Below, one piece after another: positions 6,667 through 11,688 of a stretch of 11,688 nucleotides of DNA; within the stretch, counting starts at the first letter, position 1, and the number at the start of each line of letters is the position of its first letter. A program made the translations under genes and the position numbers. Under the pieces are notes generated by a model. That model made no database searches. It worked only from the letters and a program-made list of their open reading frames with translations, and had not been told where the DNA came from. Source of the stretch: a virus (Duplodnaviria; Heunggongvirae; Uroviricota; Caudoviricetes). The stretch lies in the IMG/VR virus record IMGVR_UViG_2571042053_000015; one strand, 5' to 3'.

Positions 6667-7494
6667 ATGAGTGGTTTTGTTTTTCCTTTCGAGTTTCAAC
6701 CAGTGCCAGAGGCATTGGCAATCCTGAACGACATGGATATTGCTCCCTTTGAAATAACCGAAAAACACCTAGAAAGCTGGTGGGCGGAGGGGAAAATTCA
6801 ACTGTGCTTTAACTGGGGTAGATTCTGGAAAGCTGGCTTAGCCGACGAACTGGCAAAAACAGAAGGCTACGCAGAATTAGGGGCGAAAGAAAAGATCACT
6901 GCGCTCAATGCTGTATCCGCTTCCCCCGAGGCTAACATCAGTCTTGTCGTGCCATCTTACAGCGATTTAAGTTTTATCTGGCGCGGGCATAGCGACGATC
7001 CACTCCCCTGTATCGAGGCCAAACCCTACGGGCTTGATCAACCTTTTGTTATCAAACGCGTTCCTCACACCTGCGAGGACTATTGCGATTACGGTACGCA
7101 GCATTGGGAAAAACTTTACCATTCGCTGCACATTTCGAGTATGGTGCTGCCGCGTGCTGAAGCTGAAAAAATTTATTATCTCTGCAACCCTACAGCTATT
7201 CCAGGCATGGACGAAAAGACGGCATCTGCAGTATCTGCAGTATCTGCGAAAACGGTTAACTATCTGGCCACTGCTTTAAAAGCTTTTATTCACATCCATT
7301 ACGGGGCTGATGTGGCGGACAACCTGCGCAAACATCTTGAGGATCCCACCAGTGATATACGGAAAGACTTTGCGAATAAAGGGATCAAAGCGCCAGGTGG
7401 AAAAGCGCTGGCCAGCCATCTGAAAAATATTCTGATTGAAGTTTTACCCGCGCTCGACAACGTCGATGTGGAGAGTGACGCTGGTAATACATAA
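6667..7494 (+). CDS. Hypothetical protein (275 aa), orphan cargo gene immediately upstream of alpA
   Basis: ORF with AAGG 9 nt upstream of the ATG. No recognisable catalytic motif. Cys/His-rich patch (PHTCEDYCDYGTQHWEKLYHSLH). Contains an in-frame 9-bp tandem repeat. Confidence 0.7.
   Translation: MSGFVFPFEFQPVPEALAILNDMDIAPFEITEKHLESWWAEGKIQLCFNWGRFWKAGLADELAKTEGYAELGAKEKITALNAVSASPEANISLVVPSYSDLSFIWRGHSDDPLPCIEAKPYGLDQPFVIKRVPHTCEDYCDYGTQHWEKLYHSLHISSMVLPRAEAEKIYYLCNPTAIPGMDEKTASAVSAVSAKTVNYLATALKAFIHIHYGADVADNLRKHLEDPTSDIRKDFANKGIKAPGGKALASHLKNILIEVLPALDNVDVESDAGNT
7222..7248 (+). repeat. In-frame 9-bp tandem repeat, three imperfect copies (GCATCTGCA GTATCTGCA GTATCTGCG), encoding ASAVSAVSA
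   Basis: Direct inspection of the sequence inside the 6667-7494 ORF. Confidence 0.7.
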
Positions 7495-7590
7495 CCCCGG
7501 AACATTCCATATATTCCGACGCATTAGAATATTCCAGAGCCCATCACCATAACCTTGCGATTACCTTCTCACTCAATAGCAGGTAATCGC

Positions 7591-7803
7591 ATGAAATCGC
7601 AAACTTTCACCTTTCCCACCAATGGCAACGCACGAGCCAAACAAGTGGCGCACTATCTTGGAGTGCATATCAGCACCGTATGGCGCTATGCAAAACGTCC
7701 TGATTTTCCAAAACCCCACCAGTTAACCGACGGCGTGACCGTCTTTGACGCCGCAGCTATTCGCCAATGGAACAAGCAAAAAACCGGGGGTGAGAATGCT
7801 TAA
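7591..7803 (+). CDS. alpA: AlpA-family (P4 Vis-like) transcriptional regulator / excisionase-like protein
   Basis: 70-aa protein from the internal ATG at 7591 (AGGTAA Shine-Dalgarno just upstream). Sequence QVAHYLGVHISTVWRYAKRPDFPKPHQLTDGVTVFDAAAIRQW matches the AlpA / Vis winged-HTH pattern. Position between int and primase matches P4-like elements. Confidence 0.8.
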   Translation: MKSQTFTFPTNGNARAKQVAHYLGVHISTVWRYAKRPDFPKPHQLTDGVTVFDAAAIRQWNKQKTGGENA

Positions 7804-7857
7804 CGCGACCGTGAGCACACCCTGCACGACAGCCGTTCGATCTCCATTGTTGGCGGG

Positions 7858-8052
7858 TCAGGCTTTCGGCTCAATACCCAGCCGCTGGAGTTCTTTGCGC
7901 CCCAAGGTTTTCATCCAATTAGCTAAACTCATACCTGCATCTCGTGCGGCGGCCTCGAATTGCTCTTTCAATTCTGGGGCGATCCTCACTTGGAAAGCTG
8001 GTGCCTTTCCCCTGCCTTTGGGCTGTTTATCACGCTGTATTACTGTTGACAT
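7858..8052 (-). CDS. Ribbon-helix-helix (Arc / CopG-like) DNA-binding protein, candidate repressor of the replication operon
   Basis: 64-aa product from the internal ATG (MSTVIQRDK...). PAFQVRIAPELKEQFEAAARDAGMSLANWMKTLGRKEL shows the beta-strand / helix / helix pattern of RHH proteins. Divergent from the operon starting at 8187. The longer 8103 start would place the operator-like palindromes inside the coding region. Confidence 0.6.
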   Translation of the reverse strand: MSTVIQRDKQPKGRGKAPAFQVRIAPELKEQFEAAARDAGMSLANWMKTLGRKELQRLGIEPKA

Positions 8053-8108
8053 GTATGTACCTATTAAACTAAGATTCAAATCAATAGGTACGCACCTTAA
8101 CATGTTAA
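8045..8108. promoter_or_regulatory. Divergent control region with operator-like inverted repeats
   Basis: Consensus-like TTGACA at 8045-8050. Perfect 9-bp inverted repeat GTACCTATT (8057-8065) / AATAGGTAC (8083-8091) with a 17-bp spacer. Perfect 12-bp palindrome TTAACATGTTAA (8097-8108). Confidence 0.35.
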
Positions 8109-8122
8109 GGTCAGAAAAGACA

Positions 8123-8156
8123 ACGCCCCGTATGTGTTGCGAGCACTACGGGGCGT
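8123..8156. other. GC-rich hairpin (10-bp perfect stem ACGCCCCGTA / TACGGGGCGT, 14-nt loop) in the leader of the small-gene / primase operon
   Basis: Verified inverted repeat. On the - strand it is followed by TGTCTTTTCTG (terminator-like); on the + strand it sits about 30 nt upstream of the 8187 start. Could be an attenuator, terminator or RNA element. Confidence 0.4.
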
Positions 8157-8186
8157 CTAACCAACAACGTTACGGAGACTAACGCT

Positions 8187-8387
8187 ATGGCTAAGCCGCA
8201 GTGTACCCAAACTCACCCCAAATATCAGTATCGTTTTATGGCGCTCGATCGCGCTGACCGCCAGGCAAAACCCTGCAAAATCATTGTTGAGGCCACCAGC
8301 GAGCACGAAGCGCGTAAAGTGCTGGCTCCTCACTACATCCTGTCACTGTCCGCCGTTTTGCCAGTTCAGGAGGTGAGCCATGTTTAA
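8187..8387 (+). CDS. Small hypothetical protein (66 aa) of the P4-like replication / regulatory module
   Basis: ATG with GGAG 9 nt upstream. First of five tightly coupled small ORFs preceding the primase. Resemblance to small Icd-like / Ash-like proteins of P4-family prophages is only a vague recollection, not verified. Confidence 0.55.
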   Translation: MAKPQCTQTHPKYQYRFMALDRADRQAKPCKIIVEATSEHEARKVLAPHYILSLSAVLPVQEVSHV

Positions 8388-8574
8388 CGTCATTGTCACG
8401 GTCATCTATCACTTTTCGGGAACGATCCGTCGTTTTGCTATTCCGGAACGTTTCAATAATCGTGAGCTCGCAGAGAAAGCAGCGCAGCAGTTAACCCATA
8501 CCAGCTATCTGGATGATGGAGTGAGCAGAATTGTGACCCACGCGGCGGAAGTAGTGGAGGTGCGCCATGTATGA
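8380..8574 (+). CDS. Small hypothetical protein (64 aa)
   Basis: Strong Shine-Dalgarno AGGAGG 6 nt upstream of the ATG. 8-nt overlap with the upstream gene (ATGTTTAA). Confidence 0.55.
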   Translation: MFNVIVTVIYHFSGTIRRFAIPERFNNRELAEKAAQQLTHTSYLDDGVSRIVTHAAEVVEVRHV

Positions 8575-8755
8575 CGCCTACCTGAACCCAAAGGACGCAC
8601 TCCGTCCGATCGCCGTTGCACTCGAGGCTGCGCAGTTTATCGCGCTTGACCCGGAGAATACCGATTTAGCCCATGAGCTGATCGCCTGGGCACTTGAAAC
8701 AGCCGCGCGTGCCTCAGCTGCGCAACGTAACACCCCGGAGGGTAAAAATGCTTAA
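8567..8755 (+). CDS. Small hypothetical protein (62 aa)
   Basis: GGAGG 6 nt upstream of the ATG. 8-nt overlap with the upstream gene (ATGTATGA). Confidence 0.5.
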   Translation: MYDAYLNPKDALRPIAVALEAAQFIALDPENTDLAHELIAWALETAARASAAQRNTPEGKNA

Positions 8756-9056
8756 TCTCAATACATGGAATCTTTTCACGCTGCCGCTGAACGGTGGCGC
8801 AGCTGAGACAGCGCCGGACGATCTGCGTCTGCTGGCCGCTGTGGGGGACGAGGCTCGCAACGACTACCTGCGCGGTGTAAGCGCCATCGGCAATCTGATC
8901 TTCTGGGCATGTGATAACCCCAACTACACCGACCATAAAGCTGACCTGCCAGCGCTGGGCGCATTCCTGAAACATACCGCTGATATGGCGCGCGCTGCCG
9001 AATTCATGGCGGGACATCTGGACTCACTGGCTGACGGCAAAGAGGGAGGCAAATAA
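8748..9056 (+). CDS. Hypothetical protein (102 aa), internal start of the 8694-9056 ORF
   Basis: ATG at 8748 preceded by GGAGGG at about 6-nt spacing; 8-nt overlap with the upstream gene (ATGCTTAA). The 8694 start has no Shine-Dalgarno and lies inside the upstream gene. Confidence 0.55.
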   Translation: MLNLNTWNLFTLPLNGGAAETAPDDLRLLAAVGDEARNDYLRGVSAIGNLIFWACDNPNYTDHKADLPALGAFLKHTADMARAAEFMAGHLDSLADGKEGGK

Positions 9057-9277
9057 TGCCACGCAAACATCGCTCATCAAGCAACCTGATCAAATTAATG
9101 GAACGCCAGAAAGGTATAGGGCGCGACGATATCCAGATCGCAGATAATCGCCCTACATTCATGCCGTACGAGCCGAACGGAACCTACGCCACAAACCGCC
9201 ATACCCGCCGTATGCTACGCAAGCTCCACGGCATCCAGGCAAAAAGAATGTGTGATCTGAAAGGAGGTCAGAAATGA
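9056..9277 (+). CDS. Small basic hypothetical protein (73 aa)
   Basis: GAGGGAGG Shine-Dalgarno upstream. Start overlaps the upstream stop (TAATG) and its stop overlaps the primase start (ATGA). Arg/Lys-rich. Confidence 0.55.
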   Translation: MPRKHRSSSNLIKLMERQKGIGRDDIQIADNRPTFMPYEPNGTYATNRHTRRMLRKLHGIQAKRMCDLKGGQK

Positions 9278-11688
9278 TTGGATTCGATCACCTGATGGAG
9301 CAGGGGCAGAAACGCACCCCTGCTCGTTTTACTGCAAATAGCTTTTCTGACCTGTGCAACGCTATTCTATCGCATCGTGTGCAAATTTCCATCACCCCAG
9401 AAATGACAGATGAAGAGCGACGTAAGGAAAAGCAGAAACTGTACTGGTTCTCGGCAACTACCCAGCAGGACGGGCAGCGACGTAAACCCGAAAACATGGC
9501 ACCGTGTGCTTTCGGTATGCTGGACATTGACGGCAGCACTCCCGGTGCAATCACAGCACTTGTACAGGTGTTCCGGCGATACTCAATGCTGGTGTACCAG
9601 ACGGCCAGCTATACGGCGGATGAACCTCGTCTGCGTATTGTGTGCGAGCTTTCCCGAGCGGTTGAATCTGACTACCGCCGAGCGACAGGCGAATCCATAG
9701 AAACTTTGTTGATGCAGGAGGCTGGATTCTCATTCGCCAGCCTGGCGGATAAGAAAGCACGCTGGGAGAACGGCAGCGATTATGTTGTCTTTGACCGCAA
9801 TGTATACGGCGCTCAAAGCTATTGCTACTGTCCACACTCTGGAGCGAAAGCCCAGAATTACGCGGGCGCGGTAATCGACGTAGGGGCGTTACCGGAACCC
9901 GCCCAGCTACCAGCGAAGGCGGCCAAAAGCAAGGCAAAGAAACAGCGCCAGCGTGACGCCGCGGCGGTAATAGATGCTGATTTTGACGATCTGAGCGCCG
10001 GACCGGATAACTTCCTTATCGCCGACCTGCGCAGCGCACTCTGGTTTCCCTCCATGCTGCAAAAGGCATGGGACAATGGGGCGTGGATTGAGCAGGGCTA
10101 CCGCCTTGCATCTCTCAAAGGCACCGATTTTGAGGACGACGCGCGGCAGCTGTGGGTCGAGTGGTCATTGACCGCGGCGGATGGCTGGCCTGATGAAGAA
10201 CTTGATGAAGTCGCAGCACAACGCTGGGATGGTCTCGCCCCTGACAAAACCAGCTATAAAGCTATTTTTACTGATGCTCAGGCGCAGGGGTGGAATAATC
10301 CGAGCACATGGCGAGCAAAGGCCGCGTACATTGAGAAAATGGCCCCCAGCACACGCGGTGAACTGCTAGCGCAATATTACGGCAACGTATGCCTGAAAGC
10401 TGATGGTAACATGGTTTATCACTATACCGGGCAGGGGTGGGAGCACATCGCCGATGCCGAGTTGCGCCGCCAGCTTTCGCATATTTTCAAAGATAACGGG
10501 GTCCCCTTTACACCGTACGAGGTTAAAAGCGCGATTGAGGCTATGGGAATGCTTCTGCCTTTAATGGGAGAAACTCCTCGTAACCTGATTGGCTTTGCCA
10601 ACGGCGTTTATGATCTCGAGGCGCAGCGATTCCGCCCCCACTGCCCAGACGATTGGCTGACCAGCCATAACGGCGTTGAATACACGCAACCGGTTAAAGG
10701 CGAAACCCTGAAAAACAATGCCCCAAACTTCTGGCGCTGGCTGCATCATTCCGCAGGGGGCGACTTCGACAAAATGGAGAGAATCAAAGCCGCTCTGTAT
10801 ATGGTGCTGGCAAACCGCTACGACTGGCAACTGTTCATCGAGGTTACCGGTGCTGGTGGCAGTGGTAAAAGCGTGTTCACGGGTATTGCACGTATGCTGA
10901 CGGGCGAACTACACGCCACCAGCGGCACAATGGAGGACATGGACACCGCGCGCGAACGCGCATCTTTTGTCGGCAAAAGCCTGATCACCCTACCCGACCA
11001 AGCAACATATACGGGTTCCGGGCCGGGTATCAAGGCTATAACGGGCGGCGACGTGGTAAGGATCGACCCAAAGCACGAAAAGCCATTCCATACGGTTATT
11101 CGCGCCGTTGTCATCGCAACAAACAACGAACCTATGCGTTTCACCGAACGACAAGGCGGGATATCGCGGCGCCGGGTTATTTTCCCGTTTAACCATGAAG
11201 TGCCGGAGGCGGAACGTGATCCCCATCTGCTCGATAAAATTAAAGCCGAACTGCCGGTAATCGTCCGTGGTCTGCTGATTGACTTCGAACAGCCAGGCAA
11301 AGCCAAATCGCTACTTATCGCGCAGCGTGATTCAGCGGAAGCGCTGCAGGTGAAGAACGATAACGACCCGATGTATGGCTTTTGCTCTTACCTGCTAGGT
11401 TTGCCGAATCCCGAGGGCATGTACATGGGCGATGGGCGCATGGCGCGAGAGCCACGCATCTACCTCTATCATGCTTATCTGGCCTATCTGGAAGCCTACG
11501 GTTATCAGAGAACCCCCACCCTGCCAAAGTTCAGCGGAGATTTACGGGACACGCTCAAAGCCTTTGGTATTACTCTGGACAGTAAAAAGAGTAAAAAGGG
11601 CAAAAGATATAACGTCAATTTGTCTGACAGGGCACAAGAATGGCTGGGAGAAGACGAACTCTCAGCTGTGCCCGACACATTGCAGTAA
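9274..11688 (+). CDS. P4-alpha-like DNA primase / helicase (phage-plasmid primase, P4 family, P-loop NTPase C-terminal region)
   Basis: 804-aa ORF with a strong Shine-Dalgarno (AGGAGG) and TAA at 11686-11688. Walker A P-loop VTGAGGSGKSVF (about nt 10846-10880). Size and position after alpA and the small genes fit the primase-helicase of P4-like satellites / PICIs. Recalled from family knowledge, not searched. Confidence 0.85.
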   Translation: MIGFDHLMEQGQKRTPARFTANSFSDLCNAILSHRVQISITPEMTDEERRKEKQKLYWFSATTQQDGQRRKPENMAPCAFGMLDIDGSTPGAITALVQVFRRYSMLVYQTASYTADEPRLRIVCELSRAVESDYRRATGESIETLLMQEAGFSFASLADKKARWENGSDYVVFDRNVYGAQSYCYCPHSGAKAQNYAGAVIDVGALPEPAQLPAKAAKSKAKKQRQRDAAAVIDADFDDLSAGPDNFLIADLRSALWFPSMLQKAWDNGAWIEQGYRLASLKGTDFEDDARQLWVEWSLTAADGWPDEELDEVAAQRWDGLAPDKTSYKAIFTDAQAQGWNNPSTWRAKAAYIEKMAPSTRGELLAQYYGNVCLKADGNMVYHYTGQGWEHIADAELRRQLSHIFKDNGVPFTPYEVKSAIEAMGMLLPLMGETPRNLIGFANGVYDLEAQRFRPHCPDDWLTSHNGVEYTQPVKGETLKNNAPNFWRWLHHSAGGDFDKMERIKAALYMVLANRYDWQLFIEVTGAGGSGKSVFTGIARMLTGELHATSGTMEDMDTARERASFVGKSLITLPDQATYTGSGPGIKAITGGDVVRIDPKHEKPFHTVIRAVVIATNNEPMRFTERQGGISRRRVIFPFNHEVPEAERDPHLLDKIKAELPVIVRGLLIDFEQPGKAKSLLIAQRDSAEALQVKNDNDPMYGFCSYLLGLPNPEGMYMGDGRMAREPRIYLYHAYLAYLEAYGYQRTPTLPKFSGDLRDTLKAFGITLDSKKSKKGKRYNVNLSDRAQEWLGEDELSAVPDTLQ

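Larger units (their letters stand above)
1..11688. mobile_element. Partial P4-like / CP4-57-like integrative element (satellite or PICI-like): integrase - variable cargo - alpA - regulator - small genes - primase/helicase
   Basis: Gene order int (P4-type tyrosine recombinase), AlpA-family regulator and P4-alpha-like P-loop primase all on the + strand, with cargo inserted between int and alpA. This layout is recalled from E. coli CP4-57 (intA-yfjH-alpA-yfjI) and Gram-negative PICIs. Element ends and att sites are not in the window. Confidence 0.65.

Noticed and set aside
7034-7505. ORFs 7034-7279 (+) and 7299-7505 (-) inside or antisense to the 275-aa gene
   Set aside because: Alternative frame or antisense of a longer, better-supported ORF.
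7555-7590. Upstream ATG (7555) as the alpA start
   Set aside because: No Shine-Dalgarno; the extension MRLPSHSIAGNR is not part of the conserved AlpA fold; the internal ATG at 7591 has an AGGTAA ribosome-binding site and gives the canonical ~70-aa length.
8053-8103. Long form of the RHH ORF starting at 8103
   Set aside because: Would place the operator-like inverted repeats and palindrome inside coding sequence and lacks a Shine-Dalgarno; the 8052 start is preferred but not proven.
7745-8182. 145-aa + strand ORF
   Set aside because: Overlaps the alpA 3' end and is antisense to the RHH gene and the divergent control region; Ser/Pro/Arg-rich low-complexity translation.
8694-8747. Upstream start (8694) for the 102-aa gene
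   Set aside because: Lies inside the preceding gene without a ribosome-binding site; the ATG at 8748 has GGAGGG and the recurring 8-nt overlap architecture.
8637-9017. - strand ORFs 8637-9017 and 8776-8964
   Set aside because: Antisense to the tightly coupled small-gene array; no signals; Arg/Pro/Ala-rich translations typical of GC-rich antisense frames.
9288-11585. Nine short ORFs inside or antisense to the primase gene (for example 9288-9554 -, 9551-9937 -, 10818-11306 -, 11382-11585 +)
   Set aside because: All are contained within the 804-aa primase ORF, which has a strong Shine-Dalgarno and a P-loop motif; translations are low-complexity.
1-11688. CRISPR array, tRNA or rRNA genes, insertion-sequence transposase
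   Set aside because: No regularly spaced direct repeats with unique spacers, no tRNA-like cloverleaf or CCA-end sequences, and no transposase-like ORF or terminal inverted repeats were seen. The tRNA or tmRNA attachment site expected next to a P4-type integrase presumably lies upstream of position 1, outside the window.

Overview
This window looks like the left part of a P4-like / CP4-57-like integrative element (phage satellite or PICI-like island). All assignments come from reading motifs in the supplied translations and sequence; no database search or computation was run. Backbone: a complete P4-type tyrosine integrase (1-1260, +), an AlpA-family regulator (7591-7803, +), a divergent ribbon-helix-helix regulator (7858-8052, -), five translationally coupled small genes (8187-9277, +) and an 804-aa P-loop primase/helicase (9274-11688, +). 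Between int and alpA lies a ~6.3-kb variable cargo region holding three candidate accessory modules. (i) A + strand operon (1761-3341) of four genes ending in a stand-alone FtsH-like (HEAGH) zinc-metallopeptidase-domain protein, followed by an AT-rich lipoprotein gene (3418-4476). (ii) A convergent - strand two-gene operon (6460-4619): an unknown 239-aa protein plus a fused XRE-HTH / ImmA-IrrE (HELGH) peptidase, a toxin-antitoxin or abortive-infection-like architecture. (iii) An orphan 275-aa gene (6667-7494). Several perfect palindromes, a repeat cluster and hairpins sit in the intergenic regions. No rRNA, tRNA or CRISPR array was seen. The cargo modules are the best candidates for an undescribed (possibly anti-phage) system.
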